Source of the DNA: Phycisphaeraceae bacterium
GTDB taxonomy: Bacteria; Planctomycetota; Phycisphaerae; Phycisphaerales; Zrk34
Direction of reading: 5' to 3'
DNA length: 64,000 bases
Assembly (NCBI GenBank): GCA_040905565.1
Contig: JBBDRF010000005.1
Coordinates: forward strand, 1 to 64,000
The notes beneath the pieces are model-generated. The model made no database searches. It was not told where the DNA came from and worked only from the letters and a program-made list of their open reading frames with translations. The position numbers and the translations under genes are program-made. This document shows, in pieces, positions 53,784-62,055 of the stretch (position 1 is the first letter of the stretch; every line of letters begins with the position of its first letter).

Positions 53784-54035
53784 TACGAGCCGCGACCGTA
53801 AGGGAGCGGTTGAGTGCTGGGTCCCGACGTACGACACGTTGCCGTGTCTATGTTCGACGCTTGCGCCGTCCTTCGGATCGATCTGTGACGCCCAGCGCTG
53901 GTCCGCTCCCTTATCAGTCCTTCTCATCTGTTGGCGTAGCTCGTTGATTTTGGTCGGTAGCCCAGGACGGGTCGGCGTGTGCGGTCGGCGCGCAAAGTCT
54001 CAACGCACAACCGCTCCCTCACGGTCGCGGCTCGT
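53784..54035. repeat. Inverted pair of REP-like repeats (REPIN/MITE-like, ~250 bp)
   Basis: ACGAGCCGCGACCGT(A/G)AGGGAGCGGTTG at both ends in inverted orientation (27/28 identical); internal fragment CCGCTCCCTTA at 53903-53913. Confidence 0.85.
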
Positions 54036-54058
54036 TACGCGGAACGCCTCGACGTTCC

Positions 54059-55039
54059 TCAGAGTTTTTGCACTTCGCCCATGTTGCGGAATTTTTCGTA
54101 GCGACGCTGGACGAGGTTCTGCACTTTGAAGCGTTTGAGCTCTCGCAGGTTCTGCACGATCCATTTCTCGACGTTCGCGGCCGTGGTTGTGGGATCGCGA
54201 TGAGCGCCGCCGTCGGGCTCCTGGATGACCTGATCGATGATGCCGAGCTTCAGGTTGTCCTTCGCGGTGAGGTGCAGCTGCTCGGCCGCCTCAGCCGCCC
54301 GCTCCCCGGTTTTCCAGAGGATCGCGGCACAGCCCTCGGGGCTGATCACCGAGTACCAGGCATATTGAAGCATGGCGATGCGATCGCCCACGCCGATGCC
54401 GAGTGCGCCGCCCGAGCCGCCTTCGCCGATGACGATACAGATGACCGGCACCCGCAGCCGTGACATTTCTCGCAGGTTGTAGGCGATGGCCTCGGCCTGG
54501 CCCCGCTCCTCAGCGCCGATGCCTGGGAACGCGCCGGGCGTGTCGATGAAGGTGACGATCGGCACGCCGAACTTCTCCGCCATCTTCATTTTGAGCATGG
54601 CTTTGCGGTAGCCCTCGGGGTGAGCGCAGCCGAAGTGGCAGGCGATCTTCTCACGCGTATCCTTGCCCTTGTTGTGCGCCACGATGAGCGCTTTGTGCGG
54701 GCCGATGCGTCCGAAGCCGGTGACGATGGCGGGGTCGTCGCCGAAGCGGCGGTCGCCGTGCAGCTCGCAGAAATCTTTGACGAAGGCGTTGACGTAATCC
54801 ACCGACTGCGGCCGCCCGGGATGCCGCGCCACCTGCACGGTCTGCCAGGGGGAGAGCTTCGAGTATGTCTTTTTCAGCAGGGCCGAGTGACTCTGCCGCA
54901 GCTTGCGGATTTCGGCGGTGATGTCTGAAGCCCCGCCGTTGGCGTGGGTCTCCAGCTCCGCGATCTGCTTCTCCAGCTGGATCAAAGGCTTCTCGAACTC
55001 CAACTGGTAGGAACCGTTGTATAAAGTAGCACTGGGCAT
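54059..55039 (-). CDS. accA: Acetyl-CoA carboxylase carboxyltransferase alpha subunit
   Basis: LEFEKP, ARHP.RP, ELHGDR, PEGYRKA, IDTPGA, GEGGSGGAL, YSVISPEGCA motifs. Confidence 0.96.
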   Translation of the reverse strand: MPSATLYNGSYQLEFEKPLIQLEKQIAELETHANGGASDITAEIRKLRQSHSALLKKTYSKLSPWQTVQVARHPGRPQSVDYVNAFVKDFCELHGDRRFGDDPAIVTGFGRIGPHKALIVAHNKGKDTREKIACHFGCAHPEGYRKAMLKMKMAEKFGVPIVTFIDTPGAFPGIGAEERGQAEAIAYNLREMSRLRVPVICIVIGEGGSGGALGIGVGDRIAMLQYAWYSVISPEGCAAILWKTGERAAEAAEQLHLTAKDNLKLGIIDQVIQEPDGGAHRDPTTTAANVEKWIVQNLRELKRFKVQNLVQRRYEKFRNMGEVQKL

Positions 55040-55139
55040 TGGGGGGTCTGCTCCGCGTCGCTCGATTGGTGCCGGCCCATGCGATACGATAGCCGGGCTG
55101 GGAAAAGTGGGGTCCATTATACCCGCAAGGGACGGATTT

Positions 55140-56015
55140 ATGCAGTCGCTTCATACAGGGCAGGTCACGATTGTCGGCACGGGGCTGTTGGGCGGGTCCG
55201 TAGGCCTGGCGCTGCGTGCTCAGGGATTCACCGGGACGATCGTCGGCGTCGGTCGGCGTGAGCAGACACTCGAGGCTGCGAAGCAGTGCGGCTGCATCGA
55301 CCGCGGCACCACAACCTTGGCCGAGGGCGTCGCCGATGCGGACCTGGTCATCCTCGCCACGCCGGTGAGTGTCATCCTTTCCGCGCTCGCCGAGATCGCC
55401 CCGGTGCTCAGCCCGGAAGCGGTTGTCACGGACGTCGGCTCGACCAAGCAATCCATCGTCGCCCGCGCAGAGGCGGAACTGCAACACCCCAGCCGATTCG
55501 TCGGATCGCACCCCATGGCAGGCGGCGCGCAGACCGGGCCCGAAGCAGGCGACGCCGACTTGTTCACCGGCAAGCCCGTCATCGTCACCCCCACGGACCG
55601 GACCGACGCCGATGCGCTGGAGCAGGTCGAGGGCCTTTGGTCGGATCTAGGGATGCGGCTGTCTCGCATGACGCCCGAAGCGCACGACGTCGCCGTGGCC
55701 CGCATTTCACACATGCCGCACGCCGCCGCGTTGATGCTCGTGAATCTCGCCAAGGCTGCGGATCTGGAGGTCGCCTCGACGGGATTTGAGAACATGACGC
55801 ATGCTGCGCTCGGCGACCCGAACATGTGGGCGGATATCTTTCTTGATAACGCCGAGGCAGTCACGCAGGTGCTCAGCGAATGGCGTGAGTTGTGGGACGG
55901 CTTTGAACAGATCGTCCGCGAACGTGACCGGGCCGGCATGCTCAAACTTCTCCAGAATACCCAGCAGACACGCCACAACTGGCAGCAGCAGCGCCGCCCC
56001 AACAGCGGTGCGTGA
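55140..56015 (+). CDS. tyrA: Prephenate/arogenate dehydrogenase family protein (divergent)
   Basis: GTGLLGGS, TDVGSTK, GSHPMAG, HD...A.ISHMPH, P.MW.DIF motifs. Confidence 0.8.
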   Translation: MQSLHTGQVTIVGTGLLGGSVGLALRAQGFTGTIVGVGRREQTLEAAKQCGCIDRGTTTLAEGVADADLVILATPVSVILSALAEIAPVLSPEAVVTDVGSTKQSIVARAEAELQHPSRFVGSHPMAGGAQTGPEAGDADLFTGKPVIVTPTDRTDADALEQVEGLWSDLGMRLSRMTPEAHDVAVARISHMPHAAALMLVNLAKAADLEVASTGFENMTHAALGDPNMWADIFLDNAEAVTQVLSEWRELWDGFEQIVRERDRAGMLKLLQNTQQTRHNWQQQRRPNSGA

Positions 56016-56047
56016 TCGACGATCCCCAACCCGCAAGGAGTCACGCG

Positions 56048-56869
56048 GTGAAGTACGAACTCGGTGTCATCGGCGGCGGCAACATGGCCGAGGCCATCGT
56101 CAAAGCAGCGGTCGATCAGCAGGTCCTCGCAGCGGACCACGTTCTCGTTTCCGATCCCAGCGAAGCCCGCCGGGCGCTGTTCGCTGCGATGGGCGTGGCC
56201 ACGACGCAAGATAATGCGGCACTGATCGCCGAGTCGCAGCAGGTGATGCTGGCGGTAAAACCCCAGATTTTCGAGAGCCTCGGCCCGACGCTCACGGCGG
56301 TCGATTCCGAGCACCAGGTCGTGATCTCCATCATGGCGGGCATCTCGGCGAAGCGGATCGAAACGGCCATCCTCGGCCGGGAAGATGCGGAGGGCGGCGC
56401 GCGGGTGATCCGCGTGATGCCGAACACGCCGCTGCTGGCCGGTGCGGGGATGTCGGGCATCGCCCGGGGCGAGAACGCGTGGGAAGGTGACGAGCTGCTG
56501 TCGCTCCAGATCTTCCGAGCTGCCGGTGAAGCCGTCGAGGTTGAAGAGCCGCTGCTCGAAGCCGTCACCGGCGTCTCAGGCTCCGGCCCGGCGTACGTTT
56601 TCTACCTCGCCGAGGCCATGGCCGAAGCCGGCCGCTCGCTCGGCCTCACCGAAGACGTCGCCACGCTGCTGACCCAACAGACGATCCTCGGTGCTGCGAA
56701 GCTGATGATGCAATCCGAGGATGACCCCGCTGAACTGCGACGCAAGGTCTGCTCGCCCGGCGGTACCACCGAAGCGGCCATCAAACACCTCGACGCCCAC
56801 GAAGTCCGTCAGCATCTCATGCAGGCGGTGCACAAGTCCGCCCAACGCGCCCACGAACTCGGCAAGTGA
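56048..56869 (+). CDS. proC: Pyrroline-5-carboxylate reductase
   Basis: IGGGNMA, LAVKPQ, RVMPNTP, SGSGPAY, V.SPGGTT; AAGGAG precedes GTG 56048. Confidence 0.95.
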   Translation: MKYELGVIGGGNMAEAIVKAAVDQQVLAADHVLVSDPSEARRALFAAMGVATTQDNAALIAESQQVMLAVKPQIFESLGPTLTAVDSEHQVVISIMAGISAKRIETAILGREDAEGGARVIRVMPNTPLLAGAGMSGIARGENAWEGDELLSLQIFRAAGEAVEVEEPLLEAVTGVSGSGPAYVFYLAEAMAEAGRSLGLTEDVATLLTQQTILGAAKLMMQSEDDPAELRRKVCSPGGTTEAAIKHLDAHEVRQHLMQAVHKSAQRAHELGK

Positions 56870-56872
56870 CGT

Positions 56873-57754
56873 TCAGCCGTTGATGATCTCGCCGCCGTTG
56901 GGATGGATCACCTGCCCTGTGATGAACGACGCATCGTCCGAAGCGAGGAACACGTAAGCCGGGGCAACCTCCTCCGGCTCACCCGCGCGGCCCATCGGCG
57001 TGTCCGAACCGAACCGCTCGACCTTCTCATCAGGAAAACTCGCAGGGATCAACGGCGTCCAGATCGGACCCGGCGCTACACCGTTCACGCGAATCTTCTT
57101 GCTCGCCAGGTTGATCGCCAGCGACCGCGTAAACCCAACGATGGCGCCCTTGGTGGAGGCATAGTCGATCAGCATCGGGCTGCCGCGATACGCCGTCACC
57201 GAGGTCGTGTTGATGATGCAGTCGCCCGCCTGCAGGTGCCTCAGTGCATGGCGCGACATGTGAAACATGCTGAAGATGTTCGTGCGGAACGTGCGTTCAA
57301 GTTGTTCGGTCTCGATCTTCTCCAGCGACGGCTGGGGGAACTGCACCGCTGCATTGTTCACCAGCACGTTCAGCTTGCCCAACTGCGTCACCGTCTGCTG
57401 AACCGCTTCCCCGCAGAACGTTGGATCGGTGATGTCGCCCGCGATCAGCGTGCACTGACGCCCCGTCTGCTGCACCAGGTCACGGGTTTCCTCAGCATCC
57501 TCATGTTCATCAAAATAGACGATGGCGACGTCGGCGCCTTCGCGCGCAAAGGCGATGGCGGTGGAGCGCCCGATGCCGCTGTCGCCTCCGGTGATCAGCG
57601 CGACGCGGTCGACGAGTCGGTCGCAGCCGCCCCCCGCAGGGCTTACGTGCCGGGGCCGCGGCTGCATCTCCCCCTCCAGGCCCGGCTGCCGAGGCTGATG
57701 TTGCGCGGGTCGCTCACCTGAGTAGCTCGAAGCGTCGTCGGAATCTGCAGGCAT
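56873..57754 (-). CDS. SDR oxidoreductase of the YghA/general stress protein 39 type
   Basis: Q..PG.E..M.P.P N-terminus, TGGDSGIG, NNAA, DYASTKGAI, APGPIWTPL, GQVIHPNGG. Confidence 0.9.
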   Translation of the reverse strand: MPADSDDASSYSGERPAQHQPRQPGLEGEMQPRPRHVSPAGGGCDRLVDRVALITGGDSGIGRSTAIAFAREGADVAIVYFDEHEDAEETRDLVQQTGRQCTLIAGDITDPTFCGEAVQQTVTQLGKLNVLVNNAAVQFPQPSLEKIETEQLERTFRTNIFSMFHMSRHALRHLQAGDCIINTTSVTAYRGSPMLIDYASTKGAIVGFTRSLAINLASKKIRVNGVAPGPIWTPLIPASFPDEKVERFGSDTPMGRAGEPEEVAPAYVFLASDDASFITGQVIHPNGGEIING

Positions 57755-57967
57755 GAAGGCTTTCCTCGTTGGTGATGACGAACGGCACGCGCGCCTTCGG
57801 CGACAGCGGGTAACAAACGCCGTGCCGATCGCCGCCGGCTGATCGGTACTGCGTGCCACCCGTGACACACCCAACATGATCTGAAAGTTGCACAACGGCC
57901 GGGGCGATTGTTGCAACGGCGAAGGTCATGCCCTTCACCACGAGGGTGCCGGAGGCGGCAGGGACGG

Positions 57968-57983
57968 CGGCGCGTGATTTGCA
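57968..57983 (+). promoter_or_regulatory. Candidate sigma54 (-24/-12) promoter
   Basis: CGGCGCGTGATTTGCA has exact GG-N10-GC spacing and lies 85 nt upstream of the PRC-barrel gene. Confidence 0.55.
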
Positions 57984-58067
57984 ACACACCCCAGCAGTCA
58001 GTGCGGTCGTCGGCGTATGGAGTCGGCTGCACGCCAGAGAAACTCAGGGGGATAGGAGAAAGACCCA

Positions 58068-59924
58068 ATGAGAAGATTTCATCGTCCATTCGTGGCCGCA
58101 TTGGCCATGGGAGTGGGAGTCGGTGCCGCAGGCGCTTTCGCCCAGCAGCAACAACAGCCGCAGCAACAACAGCCGCAGCAACAGCAGCAACAACAACAAC
58201 AACAACAACAACAACAGCAGGTGCCCCAGCAGATGCGGCTGGCCACCGCCAACGACCTCATCGGTCTGGACGTTCAGAACTACCAGGGCGAAGACCTCGG
58301 CAGCGTCGAGGATGTCGTGCTCGACCAGAACCTGCAAGGCGGACAGATTTCTTACGTCGCTGTGCAGTTCGGCGGGTGGTTCGGCATCGGCGGCGACCTG
58401 CACGCCATCCCCTTCGAAGCTCTCGAATACAACGAGGCCGAGGAAATCCTTTTGCTGGACGCACGCCAGGAAGAACTTGAGCAGGCGCCCGGATTTGATC
58501 CCGATCGGTGGCCCGAACGTGCCGACCCACGCTGGCAGCAGGTCGATCAGTTCTACGGCGTCGAACAGGAACGCATGGACCAGCAGTTCGGCCGCGAGCA
58601 GCAGCAGCAATATCGCCAGCAGCAGGGCGTGCAGCAGCCCTGGCAGCAGAGGCAGCCGGGACAGCAGCAGCAGTACCGGCAGCAGCAACAATATCAGCCC
58701 CAGCCCAACGGCCAGCAGCAGTACCGCCAGCAGCCTGGTGCTCAGGGCCAGCAGCAGCCGCAGTATCAGCAGGACCCGTTCGCCCGGGACCAGTACCAGA
58801 ATCAGCAGCAGGGCCGGCAGTATCAGCGGCCTCAGCAGCAGCGGCAGCAGCAATACAACCAGCAGCAGTACAACCAGCAGCAGCCACAGCCTCAGCAGCT
58901 CAACCGCAACAGCCAGGACTACGGCCAGCAGCCCGGTCAGCGGCAGTATCAGCGCAGCCAGCAGCAGGGCCAAGGCGGTCGCGGCACCTACCAGGCGCAG
59001 CCCGGCGGACAGGTCGGTCAACAGCAGCAAGACCAGCGCTTCGGCCGTGAAGCATCACCCGGTATGGATATGTGGTCACGCCGACTCAGCGACCTCATCG
59101 GCACCAGGGTCGAAAACCAGCAGGGCGAAAGCCTCGGCCAGATCGAAGACGTCGTGATCGACATGGATCGCGGCGTGGCGGCCTACGGCGTGGTGTCCTA
59201 CGGCGGCACGCTCGGCGTCGGCGAAGAGCAAGCCGTTCTGCCATGGTCCGCCATCGACGTCGACCGTCAGCGCGAAATCCTGACCGTTCAGGCATCCCAG
59301 CAGCAGTTGGAGCAGACGTCGTTCGAGAACGTGGAACAGCTTTCCGATCCGCAGCAGGCGCAGCAGATTCACCAGCAGTACCAGGCGCAGCCGTACTGGG
59401 AGATCTTCGGCATGCCACGCGGTGCCGGTCAGCTCGATCCACAGCAGCTTCAGGGCTGGCAGCAGCTTGACCAGCAATACGACGCTGAGCAGGAAGAAAG
59501 CTTCCAGGGCACCGTCGAAACCATCGGCACGTTCCGTCCGGAGCCCGGTGCCGCACCAGGCGTCCGCTATCGGCTCCGCACGGAAGACGACCGCACGATC
59601 ACCGTTTACGCCGGGCCTCAGCAGTTCCATCGCCAGCTCGAACGGCGTGAGAACATCGAGATTCAGCGTGGCGACCAGATCGAAGTCACCGGCGCGCCCG
59701 CAGAAGTCGGCCGTCGCACCGTGCTGCTTGCTCGCGAGATCAGCAAGGAAGGCCAGACCCTGCAACTGCGCAACGAACAGGGCCAGCCCGAATGGCAGCA
59801 GATGCAGCAGGGCCAGCAGCAGCAGCAGCCCGGGCAGCAGCAGGGCCAGGGCCAACAGCCCCAGCAGCAGCCCGGGCAGCAACAGCGTCAACAGCGCCAG
59901 CAGCAGCCTCAGCAGCAGTTTTGA
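58068..59924 (+). CDS. Exported glutamine-rich protein with two PRC-barrel domains
   Basis: Sec signal ending AFA; two copies of DLIG..V.N.QGE.LG..EDVV.D...Y.V...GG..G.G...P; poly-Q and Q/Y/G/P-rich tracts. Confidence 0.88.
   Translation: MRRFHRPFVAALAMGVGVGAAGAFAQQQQQPQQQQPQQQQQQQQQQQQQQQVPQQMRLATANDLIGLDVQNYQGEDLGSVEDVVLDQNLQGGQISYVAVQFGGWFGIGGDLHAIPFEALEYNEAEEILLLDARQEELEQAPGFDPDRWPERADPRWQQVDQFYGVEQERMDQQFGREQQQQYRQQQGVQQPWQQRQPGQQQQYRQQQQYQPQPNGQQQYRQQPGAQGQQQPQYQQDPFARDQYQNQQQGRQYQRPQQQRQQQYNQQQYNQQQPQPQQLNRNSQDYGQQPGQRQYQRSQQQGQGGRGTYQAQPGGQVGQQQQDQRFGREASPGMDMWSRRLSDLIGTRVENQQGESLGQIEDVVIDMDRGVAAYGVVSYGGTLGVGEEQAVLPWSAIDVDRQREILTVQASQQQLEQTSFENVEQLSDPQQAQQIHQQYQAQPYWEIFGMPRGAGQLDPQQLQGWQQLDQQYDAEQEESFQGTVETIGTFRPEPGAAPGVRYRLRTEDDRTITVYAGPQQFHRQLERRENIEIQRGDQIEVTGAPAEVGRRTVLLAREISKEGQTLQLRNEQGQPEWQQMQQGQQQQQPGQQQGQGQQPQQQPGQQQRQQRQQQPQQQF
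58188..58214 (+). repeat. (CAA)9 microsatellite inside a ~15-Gln run
   Basis: Read directly from the sequence; in frame within the PRC-barrel gene. Confidence 0.9.
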
Positions 59925-60059
59925 TCGACGCTCAACGAGCGTTGACGACTGCATGACAATTTAAGACTTCCAGGCCGGGCGAGGCTCGGCGGCAGACGCG
60001 TCTGAACACCAGGTGCCGAGCCGCCGACCCCGCCCTTTTTTGGAAACCGGAGGGCCGCC

Positions 60060-60359
60060 ATGGGCAAGTGGTCAAACAAAGACGAACGTCAGTACGAGCA
60101 CATCAAGGAGAGCACTCAGGAACGTGGGACCGATGAGGGACGCGCCGAGCAGATCGCCGCTCGCACCGTAAACAAGCAGCGGCGTGAAGAAGGCCGAACC
60201 CCCAAGATAACAACCGAAGGGACAGGCAATCCGAATGTACCTTTAGAAAGCCGCAGCAAACAGGAACTGCTGAACCTGGCACGCGAAATGGATATCCATG
60301 ACCGCAGCAAGATGGATAAGGATACGTTGATCGACGCCATCCAGAAGCACCAACATTGA
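60060..60359 (+). CDS. Small basic protein with a C-terminal Rho-N-like HeH domain
   Basis: KDERQYEHIKES...RAEQIAARTVNK and SKQELLNLARE.DI.DRSKM.K..LI.AI motifs; GGAGG RBS. Confidence 0.8.
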   Translation: MGKWSNKDERQYEHIKESTQERGTDEGRAEQIAARTVNKQRREEGRTPKITTEGTGNPNVPLESRSKQELLNLAREMDIHDRSKMDKDTLIDAIQKHQH

Positions 60360-60405
60360 ATCCACCGGATCACGCTCACGACTAACCAACCAAAGGAGTC
60401 CAGCG

Positions 60406-60912
60406 ATGGTACTTCCTGCAAACGCGGACCGCGTGCAACGCCACACGGATCCAAAGCTGAATCGGCAGATCGAAGAAGAGACGAACTATCGAATCACCTA
60501 CTACGCGCACAACACCGACGAAATCGATGCACGCCTGCGAGAACTCGACCAGGAGTGGAGCATCGAACGCGCCCTCCAGGCCAACGCAGCCACACTCGCG
60601 CTGACCGGTATGTGTATGGGGACGACGCTCAAACGGCGCTGGTATTTGCTGTCGGCGGGGGTGATGGGCTTCCTGCTTCAGCACGCGATCCAGGGCTGGT
60701 GCCCGCCAGTGGAAGCCTTCAGGCGACTCGGCTTCCGCACACCATCGGAGATCGAACAGGAGCGGTCGGCGCTGAAGGCGCTGCGTGGCGATTTCGATAT
60801 CGATCCGCCCCGTGAAGACAATGTCAGTCGCCGGGCCGAGCAGGCGATGGCCGCGGTCCGTCGCCACGCTGAACCGCGAGGCTACGACGCCACAGCCGCC
60901 CCACCGACGTAA
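60406..60912 (+). CDS. DUF2892/YgaP-like membrane protein
   Basis: LD.EW.IER.L, FLLQHAIQGWCPP...FRRLG.RT..EI..ER.ALKALRGDF; AAGGAG RBS. Confidence 0.75.
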   Translation: MVLPANADRVQRHTDPKLNRQIEEETNYRITYYAHNTDEIDARLRELDQEWSIERALQANAATLALTGMCMGTTLKRRWYLLSAGVMGFLLQHAIQGWCPPVEAFRRLGFRTPSEIEQERSALKALRGDFDIDPPREDNVSRRAEQAMAAVRRHAEPRGYDATAAPPT

Positions 60913-61075
60913 GACGGAACACCTCGAAGACATTCTGCCGACAGGGTTGCCACTGGTGGTTCGACCACCAGTGCTGCTCTGCCGGTGTCGCTCGATCGCA
61001 GACGGCTCGAACAGCTGCTTGTGCCGACGTGGTAACATGGTTGTCTGGGGTAAGAACCATTGGACCGGTGGCACC

Positions 61076-61312
61076 ATGAACATGAACACAGAAATCTGCA
61101 CCCGATGCGGACGGTCGGCACCCGGCAAAGAGCGTTGGATGTTTCACCAGCTATGGCTTGTCCTCTCGCGTGAGGACATGCCGATCCGAACCGAGTATTT
61201 CTGCTATCGCTGTTTGCGTCGGCATCGGATTCATGCAGCAATCGCTCTGACCGTGTTACTGATCGTATTCATCGCCGTCGTCGTGATGGCCATCTCGTTG
61301 CGATCGGTATGA
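61076..61312 (+). CDS. Small putative Zn-ribbon protein with a C-terminal TM anchor
   Basis: CTRC...CYRC followed by a ~22-aa hydrophobic helix. Confidence 0.5.
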   Translation: MNMNTEICTRCGRSAPGKERWMFHQLWLVLSREDMPIRTEYFCYRCLRRHRIHAAIALTVLLIVFIAVVVMAISLRSV

Positions 61313-61356
61313 GTGACAGCCAAAGCGCACGGCAGGCTTTGCGGACATCCATCATG

Positions 61357-61424
61357 TTGACGGCTCGGTGCCAACGGCGCTATATTTGGGGTGCTGGTGT
61401 GTTATGATGCCCCAGCTATGGTGG
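61357..61424 (+). promoter_or_regulatory. nrdR promoter with tandem NrdR boxes
   Basis: TTGACG-N18-TATATT; box 1 gcgCTATATTTGGggt (61377-61392) and box 2 gccCCAGCTATGGtgg (61409-61424), 32 bp apart. Confidence 0.65.
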
Positions 61425-61437
61425 TACGGAGCTGTTG

Positions 61438-61932
61438 ATGCGTTGCCCGTTTTGTGCACAGGATAAAGACAAAGTCATCGACTCGCGTTCGAGCGAGCAG
61501 GGAAAGGTCATCCGCCGTCGGCGAGAGTGCCTCGCCTGTGGGCGGCGCTTTACGACCTACGAACGCGTCGAGGGCCCGGTCAAGCTGATGGTCGTCAAAA
61601 AGGACGGCTCACGCGTGCCTTACGATCGCCAGAAGCTCGTCGATGGGCTTGAAAAAGCCTGCTACAAACGCCCCGTGCCCGCGGAGCGGGTGCAGCAGAT
61701 CGTCGAACGGATCGAGGACGAGCTGTTCAAAACCTACGATCGCGAAGTCGAAAGCGAAGAGATCGGTCGCCTCGCCAGCGAACGGCTAAGGCAGGAAGAT
61801 CAGGTCGCCTACGTCCGCTTCGCCAGCGTCTACAAGCAGTTCGGCACGATCGACGAACTCTTCGAAGAAGTGCAGCAGGTCATCGCTTCACGCACCAACA
61901 TCGACACGACGGACCAGGGCAAGCTGTTCTAG
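61438..61932 (+). CDS. nrdR: Transcriptional repressor NrdR
   Basis: MRCPFC...KVIDSR...RRRRECLAC..RFTTYE, ATP-cone, VAYVRFASVY. Confidence 0.97.
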   Translation: MRCPFCAQDKDKVIDSRSSEQGKVIRRRRECLACGRRFTTYERVEGPVKLMVVKKDGSRVPYDRQKLVDGLEKACYKRPVPAERVQQIVERIEDELFKTYDREVESEEIGRLASERLRQEDQVAYVRFASVYKQFGTIDELFEEVQQVIASRTNIDTTDQGKLF

Positions 61933-61947
61933 ATGCGCGCCCACAAA

Positions 61948-61999
61948 GAGCCGGGCTGTCCCTAGCCCGGGCCCAACCGGCTTGGGGACAAGCCGGCTC
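61948..61999. repeat. Imperfect 23-bp inverted repeat downstream of nrdR
   Basis: GAGCCGGGCTGTCCCTAGCCCGG vs the reverse complement of CCGGCTTGGGGACAAGCCGGCTC (18/23); terminator or REP-like doublet. Confidence 0.55.
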
Positions 62000-62055
62000 C
62001 TTGTCGCCTTTCATTTTTGACGGTTAGATCGCGTTCGTTACCATTTACCCCCTCT

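Noticed and set aside
53813..54005. Transposase remnant inside the inverted REP pair (ORF 53839..54129)
   Set aside because: No HUH/Y1 or DDE motif visible; the ORF runs antisense into accA.
58044..59954. Poly-Leu, poly-Cys, poly-Ser/Asn and poly-Ala ORFs
   Set aside because: Alternative frames of the CAG/CAA-rich PRC-barrel gene.
60060..60359. Toxin-antitoxin call for the small protein (family often labelled 'plasmid stabilization')
   Set aside because: No RelE/ParE motifs or antitoxin partner; the C-terminus looks like a Rho-N HeH domain in a stress-gene context.
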